From positions 95,728,001 through 95,792,000 of the forward strand of contig NC_043005.1 in the NCBI RefSeq assembly GCF_006345805.1: a stretch of 64,000 nucleotides of DNA, in the 5' to 3' direction. Positions 13,464 through 27,545 of the stretch are shown here, piece by piece. The translations under genes and the position numbers were made by a program. The notes under the pieces are model-generated. The model did not search any database and was not told the origin of the DNA. It saw nothing but the letters and a program-made list of their open reading frames with translations. This DNA is from Octopus sinensis. Lineage: Eukaryota. Position 1 is the first letter of the stretch, and each line of letters opens with the position of its first letter.

Positions 13464-14836
13464 CTAGCTGAAGGTGACCCGCTCTACGCGCGGGTAAGAG
13501 TGTGGTTGTTACTTTCTGTTGCTTCCTTTCAGTTAATACACACACAAATGCTATCTGTGTCACATTCATACGCCACACATGCCTTTCTCGCTTGTTTTCC
13601 ATGCTCAATGTGCCCTTGTAAACACAACTCATCTCTGTAAGACCCTAGGTCGGTCACGCATACATGTTTGTCCCTTACAACGCGCTAGCATGCCACACTT
13701 TTGTTCCTGCATGACCGAGCCATATAATAGCTCAAGCACTGGCTGGCAGCCTCAGCCTTACTGCATTAATCACTGGCATATTCAATACTGTACACTGTAT
13801 TTCAGCCTAGCAAGCCCTATTGCACTCATGCACCTCTGTTCTGCACGTGTACTCCCTTGTTTTGCAACACGTCTGCGTCAGCTCAATTCTTCTCCCGACT
13901 CAAAGCACGTCGGATGTTCACATGCGCTGCGCTCATGTTTAGGCATAATTTCCTCCTGTTAGACCCCTTTTGGTCACGTAATTAACAGAGAAAATTATCT
14001 GTCTCGCACCCAAGTTGCACCCAAAAAGTGTAAAGAAGCAACCAGTTCCCTTTACGTAACTATCAAAAAGTATTAAAAAGTTTAATATACATAAATACAG
14101 ATATATACATTATATATACATATTTATATATAGAACACACACACACACACACATATATATAAACGCTCATTGGTGTGTTCTGTTTGTATTTGGTCGATAT
14201 TCAGGTCTACTGGGGCCACATTTTATAAGATTAGGAATTTTGTCGTAGAGGTCATGCCTTTAATTTGAGGAAAAAAATAGTTGTCATGCAAACTTGCCAG
14301 CACTTTTAACATAGGTGTGCATATTTTCAGCTGAACCGACCGACCACATAATGCACACATTATATATTATTATATGTGTGTGTGTGTGTGCACGCATTAT
14401 ATATACAAATTATATATATATATATATGTATAAATTAAATTAGAGATAAAACCACTAATAGGCAAATGAAACAGTAAAAAACCAAAAACAAAAACATAAA
14501 AATAAAATTATAATATAATAGACAATAGAATGCGATGGCGACAGCGAAGACAGATATCAAAGAACACAGTCTGACGAACTTTACATTAAATAACGGGAGT
14601 GGAATTGTCAAAGTTATATATGAAGGGGAGTGAGAGGGGAATGTAGGAAATAGCGTGAGTGAGGAAGATGGCCCCTAGCAAGCACACCTTTTAAGATAGG
14701 GATTTCTAAGGTAGCCCACGGGCATTGTCACCTCATTCTACATGTCCCTGTAAATTTTGGAGCGAATCGGACGGGACGTAGTGGCATTGAAAGTGATCCA
14801 AGCGGTAAAAACGCATTTCAGTTTTATATATAGAGA
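13464..14836 (-). mobile_element. Non-autonomous Helitron (element A)
   Basis: A|TCTCTATATATAAAACTG 5' end at 14836; 3' hairpin acccgc/gcgggt (13477-13495) then CTAG|T at 13464. Confidence 0.75.
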
Positions 14837-15249
14837 TATGTATGTGAGTATGTAGTACAACACATGATATATTCAGTGTTTTAATATTTCAGTGGATGAA
14901 AGTGTAGGCAAAATGCTAAGCGGTATTTTATCTATCTTTACTTTCTGAGTACAAATTCTGCCAAAGTCGACTTTGCCTTTCGTCCTTTCAGGGTTAATAA
15001 AATAAGTACCAGTTGCGTACTGGAGTTAATGTAATCAACTGACTCCCTACCCTGAAATTGCTAGCCTTGTGCCAACATTTGAAATCATTATTTAAGTACA
15101 TGTTGTCTTTGTTTAGCTTCCATGATCAGCCCTGATCAAGTAGACCTGTGATCAAAGGTGTAGCAGCTTTAACTTAGCCCTTGTGTATCTTTTCACCCTT
15201 AAGACAGTAGGATGTAGCTAAAGGGTATTTGGTTGTTATTTCTAATAGG

Positions 15250-15662
15250 ACTCTCTTTGTACTCTTTTACTTGTTTCAGTCATTTGACTGTGGCCATGCT
15301 GGAGCACCGCCTTTAGTCGAGCAAATCGACCCCAGGACTTATCCTTTGGAAGCCTAGTACTTACTCTATCAGTCCCTTTTGCCGAACTGCTAAGTTACGG
15401 GGACGTAAACACACCACCATCGGTTGTCAAGTGATGTTGGAGGACAAACACAGACACGCAAACATATACACACACATAGATATATATATACATATATATG
15501 ACGAGCTTCTTTCAGTTTCCATCTACCAAATCCACTCACAAGGCTTTGGTTGGCCTGAGGCTATAGTAGAAGACACTTGCCCAAGGTGCCACGCAGTGGA
15601 ACTGAACCCGGAACCATGTGGTTGGTAAGCAAGCTACTTACCACACAGCCACTCCTGCGCCT
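15250..15662 (-). mobile_element. SINE family A, near full length
   Basis: Reverse complement of the 63040-63440 copy, including the tRNA-like head. Confidence 0.85.
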
Positions 15663-16438
15663 ACTCTAATAATTTTTTTTTTTCAATATTTTACATATTT
15701 CGGCAACTGGACTGCAGTCATGCAGGGATACCACCTTGAAAAGTCCAATCAAGCAAACCACCCTAGTACTTGTTTTTTTAAAGCCTGTTACTTATTTTAT
15801 TGATCTTTTTTGCCAAACTCCTAAGTTATGGGGATGTAAACAAACCAACACCGATTATCACATGGTGGTAGATAAACACATACACATATACAACAGGCTT
15901 CTTTCAGTTTCCATCGACCAAATCCACTTATAAGGTTTTGGTTTTGAACTGAGATTACATGGTAAGGAAGCAAGCTTTTCAATCGCATGGCCACGTCTGC
16001 ACTTAAATAACGAACAGCCTTAATCAATTCTCAACCCTGTATTGAGGTTTCATCAGAAGTGTCTGCATCACTTGACCAGTTCCTTGTTTACTGTGCTTAA
16101 ATGATAGTGAGTTAGATAGCTTAAATCTACTAAGATTATCTAAGCAGTTAGTAGGCAAAAATTCACTCCAGTTGTGATTAAAATCTAAAAACTAAGGTTC
16201 TCCAAACAGTTAATAAAAACTTCTGGAGGTATCTAAAATCTTAACAATCAAGCGAGTTAACTCCAATAATATGATAACTCACTATATTACATCGATAGGA
16301 CCCTGTCATATTTGGATTTAGTATGCATAAAACTCCTCTAACATATTGTTGTTATTCATAGTCAGTGTAATCTACTTCAATACATACACGTGCACACTAA
16401 TCACTCTTTATTCTTGCCAAATGAAGAGAATTGCTTAG

Positions 16439-16468
16439 CTGAAGAAGCCTGATAAGACTGAAACATGC
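16439..16468 (+). ncRNA. Degenerate hammerhead-like core in an old Penelope-type tail
   Basis: CTGAAGA-AGCCT-gata-AGACT-GAAAC-ATGC. Stem II has one mismatch; stem I and the cleavage triplet are not intact. Confidence 0.4.
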
Positions 16469-17773
16469 CCATTGTGTTCACCAGTTCAAAGACCAGATCT
16501 ACTTCATTGTATTGTTCAAAGATGTTGATCACCTGATCTTACTAAAGTTACCTCCCTTCTTTTCAGATTTTTATTACCCTCTAATGGGAGTTTTTCTTTT
16601 ATAATTGTTTGGCTAATCTCAGTTGAAGTAAGTTTTTCATCATCCTATATTACACATGGAGACCCTACCATTTTAATGTTTAATATTGCAGAAGTCTTTC
16701 TTGTATTTTTTTCTGTCATTTATTCAACTCGTTATAGTAAATGACAACACTGTTACTTTTATGGTATTTTATTGAGAGCTTTTAGTTAATTTTCTGTTGG
16801 AAAAAAATCCATTTAACTTCATGACATCGAGGCCCAGAATTGACCTGCAAATAATGGGGTTTGCATGTTAACTCCATAAATGAATCTACAACATCAACAT
16901 AGAGCCAATCAGATTGTGATGGCTCCTTAGCAGTTTCCTCTCCTTTCTTGAATTCTGTCAAAATTATTGGTGGTTATGGTCTGTTGAAATACAATTTATC
17001 ATCATCATCATCATCCGTTTTCCATGCTAGCATGGGTTGGATGGTTCAATCGCGGTCTGGGAAGCCAGACGGCTGCACCAGGCTCCAGTCTGATCTGGCA
17101 GTGTTTCTACAGCTGGATGCCCTTTCTAATGCCAACCACTCCGTGAGTGTAGTGGGTGCTTTTTACGTGCCACCGGCACAGGGATCACAACTACAATTTC
17201 CATTGATTTTTGATGTTGATGTACTTGACTCAATAGGTCTCCTCAAGCACAGGGTTGAAACGGTGTTTCTTTACTTGCCAAAAAAACAGTCATTTGCAAA
17301 CCTGTTATTATCGTGGAATTCACAGGTGTGTGGTAGAGGTTAGCATTATTGTAAGGCTGACTGCCTGTAAAAATGTAAATTTGACATTTGTTGATTACTG
17401 ATTATTCTCCTGGTCAGCTGTAACCTAGTTGGCACATGTTACAAATACAACCAATTCACAAACACATCTCCTGTGCATGGTATATGTCATGTTTATAGAA
17501 CAAATTACTCTTAGACACCATCTGCATGAAAAACAGTAGTTAGCATTGACATATTTAATACTGGGTGGTGTGAAGGGGTCATCAAACTTGCTAACTAAAG
17601 TTAGGGAAAATAAAAAGCAATAATATCAATCATTAAGTTACTGTTGTGATACTTAATGTACAAAGCATCAAAAAGCTAAGTTTAGCTTTCAATAACTTGT
17701 TCAACTGCTTCATTACACACATTGCCCAACATGATTTGGATAAGATTTCAGTTTGGGAGCAGTTTGTTGATAG

Positions 17774-17814
<41 letters not shown>

Positions 17815-17815
<1 letters not shown>

Positions 17816-18245
17816 CATCATCATCGTTTAACGTCCGCTTTCCATGCTAGAATGGGTTGGACGGTTTGACTGAGGGTTGGCAAACCAGATGGCTGCACTA
17901 GGCTCCAGTCTTGATCTGGCAGAGTTTCTACAGCTGGATGCCCTTCCTAACGCCAACCACTCTGAGAGTGTAGTGGGTGCTTTTACATGCCACCGGCATG
18001 GGGCCAGTCAGGCGGTACTGGCAAACACCTCGCTCAAATCTTTTTACACGTGCCACCGGCACAGGTGCCAGTAAGGCAATGCTGGTAATGATCCCGCTCA
18101 AATGGTGCCTCTTACATACCACCGGCACAGAAGCCAGTTAGCCGCTCTTGCGATGATCATGCTCGGATGGTGCTTTTAGCACCCTACTAGCACGGGACAC
18201 AAGTGCCAGTAAGGCAAAGCTGGTAACGATCACATTCAAATGATA
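17815..18245 (-). mobile_element. SINE family B with internal ~60-bp repeat modules
   Basis: (cat)n cgtttaacgtccgctttccatgc...ctggatgcccttcctaacgccaaccact. Similar copies at 17000-17185, 19085-19450, 23215-23490 (+), 28165-28400, 32258-32720, 51395-51585 (+), 60405-60710 (+). Confidence 0.85.
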
Positions 18246-18286
18246 TAGATCGTTAGCTTCTACACGCATTTTTTTCTCTCTGTGTA

Positions 18287-18324
18287 TCTTTCTGTGGAAG
18301 AGCGTAGGCTCGAAACGTAAAAGA
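18287..18324 (+). ncRNA. Minimal type-I hammerhead-ribozyme-like motif, variant core
   Basis: Stem I TCTTT/AAAGA; core CTGTGGA+A; stem II GAGC-gtag-GCTC; GAAA; palindromic stem III ACGT; GUA cleavage triplet. Lies in a Penelope-type tail at about 18262-18420. Confidence 0.65.
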
Positions 18325-18414
18325 CTTTTTCTATTCCTGAGCACTATACTAATACATTTGTTTGTTTGTACACCACCTGCCTTCATCTTTTGTTTATTTT
18401 CGTAAACTTTGCCT

Positions 18415-18469
<55 letters not shown>

Positions 18470-19489
18470 TATATATATACTTGCATGAATGTGTGTGTCT
18501 ATTCTGATACCTATTTAGCATTCATTTTCTGTGCTGCAGTGGACAGGCCTTTATGGACTAAATGGTTCTTATTCAAAAGTTGCTGCCATCTTAGTTGAGT
18601 TAGGAGATCACGTCTCACTTGCACATTTCATTTTAGCTTGGTTTCTATGACTGGGTGCCCTTTATATCACTAACCCTTTTACAGAGTTTACTGGGTGCAT
18701 TTTACCATTGTACCAGAACTAGAGATGTTATGTTTTAAAGTGGATTTGGCTGATGGAAACTGAAAGAAGTCCACCATACGTATGTATGTATGTATATGTG
18801 TGTGTGTCTGTGTAATAGTCTCTTTTCTTTGACATTGCCTGATAGTTTGTAAGCAAGTGTCTCTGTCATCATACAAGTGGGGCCTTTTGTCTTCAATTGC
18901 TCATGAAAACATTTAGCCATGAGATAATATTATCTTACTTTGAAACAGGCGAGGGTTGACAATGGGAAGAGCTTCTGGCTGTAGAAAATCCACTTCAACA
19001 AATTCCATCCAAGCCATGCCAACTGGGGAACATAGATGTCAAAACAATGATGATAGTACTCTGTTCCTAGAATGAACAGATTAATCATCATCATCATTGT
19101 TTAACGTCTGCTTTCCATGCTGTCATGGGTTGGATGGTTTGACTGAGGACTGGCGAGCCAGATGGCTGCACCAGGCTCCAATCTGATCTGGCAGAGTTTC
19201 TACAGCTAGATGCCCTTCCTAACACCAACAACTCCGAGAGTGTAGTGGGTGCTTTTACATGCCACTGGCATGAGGGCCATGCTCAAATGATGTTTTTTAC
19301 GTTCCACTGGCACAAGTGCCAGTAAGGTGATACTGATAAACAATCATGCTCCAATGGTGCTTTTTACATGCTACTGGCATGGGAGCAGTCAGCAGCCCTG
19401 GCAACGATCATGCTTGGATGGTGCTCTTATTGCTCCACTAGCATGGATACCAATCATGCGGTGCTGTCATCGAATTTGATTTCGATTTC

Positions 19490-20090
19490 ACTTGCCTCAA
19501 CAGGTCTTCGCAAGCAGAGTTTAGTGTCCAATGAAGGAAAGGTACATATAAGTGGGCTGGTTACACTTCTGGTATAGGCCTTTGGTTATGGTCTCACTTG
19601 GCTTGCCGGGCCTTCTCAAGCACAGCATATTTCCAAAGGTCTCGGTCACTAGTCATTGCCTCAGTGAGGTCAAATGTTCGAAGGTTGTGCTTCACCACCT
19701 CATCCCAGGTCTTCCTGGGTCTACCTCTTCCACAGGTTCCCTCAACTGCTAGGGTGCGACACTTTTTCACACAGCTATCCTCATCTATTCTCGCCACTTG
19801 ACCATATCAGCACAGTCATCTCTCTTGCACACCACATCTGATGCTTCTTAGGTCCAACTTTTCTTTCAAGGCAATTACACTCTGTCAAGTATGCACACTG
19901 ACATTGCACATCCAGCAGAGCATACTAGCTTTGTTCCTTGCAAGCTTAAACATGTCCTCAGCAGTCACGACCCGTGTTTCACTGCCATGTAGCATGGCTG
20001 TTCATACACATGTGTCATACAGTCTACCTTTTACTCTCAACGAGAGGCCCTTTGTCACCAGCAGGGGTAAGAGCTCTCTGAACTTTGCAG
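19490..20090 (-). mobile_element. RTE LINE 3' fragment
   Basis: AKFRELLPLLVTKGLSLRVKGRLYDTCV...MLHGSET...DEDSCVKKCRTLAVEGTCGRGRPRKTWDEVVKHNLR. Confidence 0.9.
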
Positions 20091-20659
20091 CTAGACACCA
20101 CTCCTGACTGACTGGTTGTAACTTATGCAGTGTCTGATGGACATTAGGGGTGCAACCAGCAACAGAAAATTACACTTATGTTTGGCACATGTAGAAATCA
20201 TTTTTATTTCAGTGCAAGATGTCATCAACATATATTTGTTTACAATGCCAACATGCACATAGGCTATAGGTGCAGGTATGGCTGTGAAGTTACAAAGTTC
20301 ACTTCACCATCATGCGATTCCAGGTTCAATCCCTTGTATTGACCAATGTCTTGTGAGTGAAATTGGTTGACGGGAAATGGTAGGAAGCAGTTGTGTGTGT
20401 GTGTGTAATCGTTATCATTTAGCATTCACTTTTCCATGCTTACATGGGTCGAATGGAGTTTATTGAGGCAGGTTTTCTATGGTCAGATGCCCTTCCTGTT
20501 GCAGACTATCACCTGTTTTCAAGTAAGGTAATAGCTTTCCATGGAAGACTGGAAATGAACACCATGATGATAATTTACTATCATCACATGCATCCACAAA
20601 CACACACACACATATACATACACACATACACACACTATATATATGTATGTATATATAGG

Positions 20660-22860
20660 TTCTTCACAGGCAAAGAATGTAGGTATAAGATTTTCTGGGC
20701 AGGGAACACTGACAGAGCCAGGAGCGTGGGTATACTTCTTGTGGAAAAATGGGTTGATAAGCTAATCAAGGTAGTCAGTCTGTGATAGAATCCATAAGAT
20801 TAGATTAGTGCTGCAACATGGGTTAGCAACCATTATCTCAGCCTATGCCCCTCAGCCAGGGCTACCTGATGAACAGAAAGACTGATTTTATGACACCCTC
20901 TTGCAGACTACCTCGTCGACAAATGACAGGGACCTGCTCTTTGTGGCTTGGCAACTTCAATGGGCATGTTGGACAACATGCAGGGGGCTTCCATGGCGTA
21001 CATGGAGGTTATGGTTTTGGTTCTCATAGTGAGAAGGGAACCAGGTTGCTGGAGTTCTGTGATGCAAATGATCTTATGGTTAGTAATACTAACTTCAGGA
21101 AACCTATCAGTCACCTATTCACTTACCGATCTGGTGGACACACTAGTCAAATTGACTACATCCTTACCAGGAAACAGGTAAGATGGCTATTTATAAATGC
21201 CAGAACCTTCCCAGGTGAAGAATGCACCCCACAACAAGATTAGTAGTTAGCAACTTCAGGATCAGGGCTAAGTGGATGCCCAGAAGACAGCTAGCATGGA
21301 GAAGAAGGGTCGGAAAGCTTAAGGATCCTGTGAATGGACAGAGATTTAGAGACATATTACTCAAAGCTTTTGATGAAATAGAGGAGGATATAGCATCACA
21401 TGATGTGGAAGATAATTGGAGGTTTCTACGGGACAACCTGTTGAGGGCTACTGACCAGATCTGTGGATGGTGCAAAGTCCCCTCTTGACCCAAGGTAACA
21501 TGGTGGTGGAACAATGTAGTTGACAGGGCCGTTAGGGAAAAGAAACAGGCATGGAAGGACTGGAAGAATGGTGGTAGCAGGGAATTGAGTCAGACTGCAA
21601 GAAGAGAAGCTAGGAGACAAGTTTATTTAGCCAGAGGAGAAGCAGATAAGAAAAAAATTGCCAATGTTCTGTGTTACGAGGACCAAAGACTTGGTGTTTC
21701 GCGTTGCATGACAGTGTGTGAGAGAGAATCGTGATGTCATAGAGAAATGTGTCCACATGGATGATGGCTCACTTGCATTTAATGATGCTGCAAGAAGAGA
21801 GACTTGGAGATGCCACTATGAAAAGTTGCTAAATGAAGAGAATGAATGGGAGAAAGAGAGTCTGCCGAAAGTTGGCCCAACAGAGGGACCAGCTATCTGA
21901 ATTGACAGTACCTTGGTAGATAAAGCAATTAAGAGTATGAAGACAGGGAAAGCCCCCGGCCCATCAGTAGTCACCACAGAGATGCTTAAAATATCTGGCA
22001 GTGGCAGCGAAAGTCTAGTCACCCATATAGTCAATACATAATACATGAAGCAGTCATACCCAATGACTGGTGTAGCAGCACCATAGTTAATTACTACAAA
22101 AGTAAAGGCGATGCATTAGATACAAATAATTACAGAGGTATCAAGTTTTTGGATCAGGTAATGAAAGTCATGGAGAGGCTCATAGCTCAACTAATTAGGG
22201 AGAGAGTCAATCAAGATGAGATGCAGTTTGGGTTTGTGCCAGGGAAAAGCACCACTGATGCTATATTTCTGGTAAGACAGCTGCAGGAGAAATACCCAGC
22301 CAAAGATAAACCTGTACCTAGCTTTCATTGACATGGAGAAAGCATTTGACAGGGTCTCCCGATCCTTTATCTGGTGGTCAATGCAGACACTAAGGATAGA
22401 TGAATGGTTAGTGAGAGCTGTATAAGCCATGTACAGGGATGCTATCAGTAAAGTGAGGGTTGGCAACAAGTACAGTGAAGAATTCCAGGTAGAAGTAGAG
22501 TCCACCAAGGACCAGTCCTCAGCCCCCTCTTGTTCATCATAGTCCTCCAGGCAATAACAGAGGAATTCAAGACAGGATGCCCCTGGAAGCTCCTCTATGC
22601 TGATGACCTTGCTCTAATAGCTGAGTCACTACCAGAACATGAGATGAAGTTTCAGGTGTGGAAGCAAGGTCTAGAATTGAAGGGCCTTAGAGTCAATCTA
22701 GCTAAAACCAAAGTCTTAATAAGTAGGAAGACAGACAAACCACAAATCCTTCAGGTAGACAGCCCTGCTCAGGTTGTAGAAAGGGTGTAGGTAGAAACTC
22801 CATTAGATGTACCCAGTGTAAGCTATGGACACATAGGTGCAGCAATATCAAAGGAAGGCT
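20660..22860 (+). mobile_element. RTE LINE, APE endonuclease to RT, decayed
   Basis: GNFNGHVG and SQIDYIL (APE); GKAPGPS, QFGFVPGKSTTDAIFLVRQLQEKY, DMEKAFDRV and LLYADDL (RT). Many stops and frameshifts. Confidence 0.95.
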
Positions 22861-25800
22861 ATGAGTGTATGTGTACATTATAGGTGGTACAGTTTATGAC
22901 TTTAAGCCAGCCACAAAGTATATACAGGTTTGGCCAAAAGTCAGCCAACAGTAAATCAAAATTCCATAAATACTATCTGTAATTCTGTATTGACTCGATT
23001 GGAAAAATGTGTCGTTCATGGAGGACTTCAGTTTGAACAATTTTCATTTCATGTTTCATATGTAGATGCTTTTTATTAAATTCATTCAATAATTAAACAT
23101 AAATAAATCTTGGAGTTAAATGGTTTTGATTTACTGTCATGTGACATTTGGCCAAACCTGTATGTCATTTAATTAGCTAGGAAAATGAAAGCAGTCAGTC
23201 ATATATATATATATTTATCGCTTGACTGGTCCCATGCTAGTGTCACATAAAAAGCCCGATTGGAGCATGATCATTGCCAGTGCTGCCTGACTGGCTCTCG
23301 TGCCAGTGGCATGTAAAAGGCACCCACTACACTCTCAGAGTGGTTGGTGTTAGGAAGGGCATCCAACTGTAGAAACTCTGCCAGATCAGATTGGAGCCTG
23401 GTGCAGCCTTCTGGCTCGCCAGCCCTCAGTCAAACCATCCAACTCATGCCAGCATGGAAAGCAGACGTTAAATGATGATGATGATGATGCTATATATACA
23501 CACATAATCTATATCAGAGGCGACTCCAGGTCATCAGTGTCACTCTGGCTCATCACAGATTTCGTCACTCATGCTCTTCACAGATTTCACGTGAGACACA
23601 TGCCCGCTCAAAGAATTTCACATATTTCCACACTACTTCTAGCCCCAAATGGTTTATTTTTTTTATATCTAGCACAATGTCTTCATTTCTAAGTTAAGGG
23701 TAAAAATAAAGCAACCCTGAAAAACCCTGTACTCACAGACGCACAGAATAACCAGCAATAAAATAACGACGGCAGAGTGCACAACAAGCATCAATGATCT
23801 GACTGTCACCTATACTCTTGACAAATGATGTCAGTCAGTTTTTTAAACCTGCCAAGCTTGTTTGTATTAGCCAGAGTTGTTGGAATAATTTTTCATTCCT
23901 TTAAGAATATTGTTGAATGGAAACTTTTCATAGATTGGAATTTAAATCCTAATCTCTATAGAAATTTTTTGGTCAAGGAAACAGAATTTGGATTAATTTT
24001 AATTTCTATGATTATCAATAACAACTCTGGCTGTAACTTCTGAGCCCCAAGTCAGGTGTGTGTGTGAACAATGTCAAGAGAACATCTGCTATGAATGATA
24101 TTTTTTGACACAGGGCACCTCTAAGACAACTGCCAGATGCTGAATGAAAATAAATAAATTGTGATCAGGTTCAATAAAAGGAGCCTGAATTATGGGCTGC
24201 AATTACATACTTGAAGTCAGTGTTGACAGAAATTAAATCAGCTTGCAAACACTCATTCACTAAATTTTTACTCGCGATAAGCCCAAACAGCCCAAGTGCC
24301 GGAGTCACCACTGATGTGTGTGTGTGTGTGCATGTGTTTATGCTGCCTTGTCTTGGCATTGTGTGATAGTTAGAAACAAGTGTCACTGTCATATAAGCAG
24401 TGTAATTCATTTCCAATTTTCCATGAAAACTTGACTGGTCACAAGGAAATATTACCTTGCTTAGAAACGAGTGAGGGTTGGTAACAGGAAAGGCATTTGA
24501 CTGTAGAAAATCTGCTTCAATAAATTCTGTCTGACACATGCAAGCTGGAAAAATGGATATTAAAACAATGATGATGATGATGCTGAACTCCAAATTCAAA
24601 GTTGATGGGAAACTACTCCTATATCTTCTGCTGAATCATTACATAAAAACATCTGTGGTAGTATTTCAATGACTCAGTAGCTTATATGATATTACTGCTG
24701 GCTTATACTTCTGTATAATTTAGAAGCTTACATTCTATGAGTGGGTGTTTATTTCATTTTTAACATTATTCCTGTTCCTTTTAATACTGGTATATTACAA
24801 CTGATGCCTGCCTATTACTTTGTTTATTTTCCTGCTGACTATTAATAATTTTTTTGTTTTCTGGGAAATTCAAAGACCTTTTTGTTAATCCATCGACTGG
24901 TGGTTATTGTTTATGTGCTACTATTCTAGTGACATTTCTCTAAGTATGCATACACACAAATAACCGTATTAAAAACTGATATAAATACACTTGTATTAGT
25001 AAATCATATATAAAGGTCACCATATTAATCGTTTGGATTTTTGAGATCAGCAAATATTCTAAATGATATATATTTCATTTAAAAAATAAACTCTTCTGCA
25101 CTGATTCTTTCTAGAATAATATTGCTATCCAGAAATATCGTGAAGAAGCTGTATGTATGTATGGTTTAGATTCAGTTATAGAAATTGGCAACCCGAGTCA
25201 CATGTTCCCCATGCTATATTTGAAAAAAATTCCTTTGGGATTGAATCTTTTGGAATGAAAACTCTATACAATGGTATGTAGTTGTACATAACTGTAATAT
25301 TTCTTTCTCTAAACCAAACAAGTCTCTGAGATTTTCCAGAAAGAAATTTATGTGTAGTGCTTATCAAGAAAAAGTGATTAAATACTGAGTCTAGTACAAA
25401 TTCATAGCTGATTGTTTAACTCTATTATTATTATTTTTATTATTTAAGGTGGCGAGCTGGCAAAATCATTAGCACACCGGACAGAATGCTTAGTTGTATT
25501 TTGTCTGCCACTACATTCTAAGTTCAAATTCTGCTAAGGTCAACTTTGCCTTTCATCCTTTCAGGGTTGATAAATTAAGTACCAATGAAATACTAGGGTG
25601 AAAGATAAATATTATTTAATAAGCACATATGTTTTTATGAGCTGCTAATAGTTTCATGTGATGTAAACAACTCAGCATTTTATAACACATCTGGTGTCTT
25701 CACACAATCCTCAGGCTCTGTGCACATGCATAACAAGCTAAAACAGGATAATAGAATAAGAGAAAAGGAATGTAGAAGGTTGAAAATACCGGAAAACAAG

Positions 25801-26159
25801 AAAGAAAAAAAGCGGGAGAGAATTAGAGTTATGTACACTTTAACTGTAAAACCATAAGGCTGAAATGGATAGGGATCGATAGTCTGCAGTACAGCTGCTC
25901 AATCTGCAGAAGGTGGTATTTTCCAATTTGCCAACAGAAACTTATCCAGATGTTTATATCTGCTGAAAATTTCAGATTTGAATTTCAGCAGATTAGTGGA
26001 GTTGTGAATATATATAAATTCTTTTAATCGTTTAATAGTTCCAGTCTTAGGACTGCAGCCATGCTGGACCACTGCCTTAATTTTCTATCAGTTTTGTGGT
26101 CACTTTATGACTCGAAATTGGTCTATGATTGTGTTTGTAGCAGCTGATCTTCCATGAAT

Positions 26160-26830
26160 GGTTGACTTATATTGTATCATCGTTAGGAATTTATCCAATA
26201 TTTTTTGGGAATGTTTCAGTGGAGGTCCCTTTTAAATTCTGATTTCTTTTGGTAGGCAGTTGAATAATTGAGGACCTCTAAATATCAAACTAGTACAATA
26301 GAGTATTTTTGCTTGCAATTTCAAAGATGGTATGTTTGGAAGCTGACAGTATCTATTAGTTCATGTATTAAAATTCTCTCTAATGCTGAAGTTTGAAACA
26401 TGCCCTTCCAGTATTTTCCGTACATATATAATAGTATATCTCTTTCCTCAGCATTCGAGAGAGTAGAGACTCAGAGCTTTTGGATGTTCCCAGTAATTAA
26501 AGATTTTTAACCAAAGTTATTTTACTTGTGAACATTCTTTGTAACCCCTCAATTTCTTTTATGAGACTAGATGAGTTTGGAGGCCAAAACTGTGAGAGTA
26601 ATCTAATCTGCTCAGAACTAAACTTTCCCATAGAGTCAACATGACTACCAGACTTCTTGTCATGAAGGTTTGTAGGATTCGTCCCATAAGATGTCCACAT
26701 TTAGAGGTCAGTTTGGTGATATGTCTGGTGAAAGATGCATCTTTTGATATGATTACATCTAAGTCCTGTATATTTCCTCTACTGCTTGGCAACTGGTGTT
26801 GCTTTATGTTCCTGTAACTTAGCAGTTTGG
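26160..26830 (-). mobile_element. CR1/L2-like LINE RT C-terminal fragment
   Basis: QDLDVIISKDASFTRHI...GRILQTF...LVLSRLDYS...IKEIEGLQRMFTSKI...GPQLFNCLPKEIR...LDKFL. Confidence 0.75.
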
Positions 26831-27315
26831 CAAAAGAGACCAATAGACTTTAAAAAATAAGTAGTGGGGTCGAATGTTTGACTTCAAGGCATTGTCACAG
26901 CAGGGCTACAGTCTAATGACTAAAACAAGTAAAAGGTAAAAGTGGCTGTAACATGTTGTTGAGTGAATTACTTACCAATAAGGTTGAAGGCTTTTTTGGT
27001 TGGATATGGAGTGTGTGTGTGTGGAGCATCTCACCATCCCAGATTCCTAATGTGAATCACACTTGTATTTTTAAAGTGCTCACATCTGTTCAACACTGAA
27101 TTCTTTTTTTTTTTTTTTAAGTGTTAAGAGGTGACCTAACCTTTGAGAAGCAGTTTTGGCAGTGTTGTAGATTTGGTTACTTACTGGTTCTCACATCTTT
27201 GTTTTAAGCTTTGGGCAAATACTTTGTAATTGAATGTGATGGAGGGTTTTTTTTTTTTTTGTTAGGATTTTATATTACAATCTTTTTTCTGTAGCAAAAA
27301 TTAAGATTTAAAGGC

Positions 27316-27545
27316 GGTGAGCTGGCAGAAACATTAGCACGCCCGTCAAAATGCTTAACGGTATTTCGTCTACCGTTACATTCTGAGTTCAAATTCCGCC
27401 GAGGTTGACTTTGCCTTTCATCCTTTTGGGGTCGATAAATTAAGTACCAGTTACGCACTAGGGTTGATATAATCGACTTAATCCCTTTGTCCTTGTTTGT
27501 CCTCTCTGTGTTTAGCCTCTTGTGGGCAATAAAGAAATAAGAATT
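27316..27545 (+). mobile_element. SINE family C
   Basis: ggcggtgagctggcagaaac...gttcaaattccgccgagg..gactttgcctttcatcc..ggggtcgataaattaagtacc. Other copies at 8885-9000 (-), 14900-15090, 25448-25600, 36100-36250 (-). Confidence 0.8.

Noticed and set aside
16028-16058. Minus-strand CTGATGA-AACC...GGTT-GAGAA
   Set aside because: GAGA instead of GAAA, and no stem III or stem I. Likely chance.
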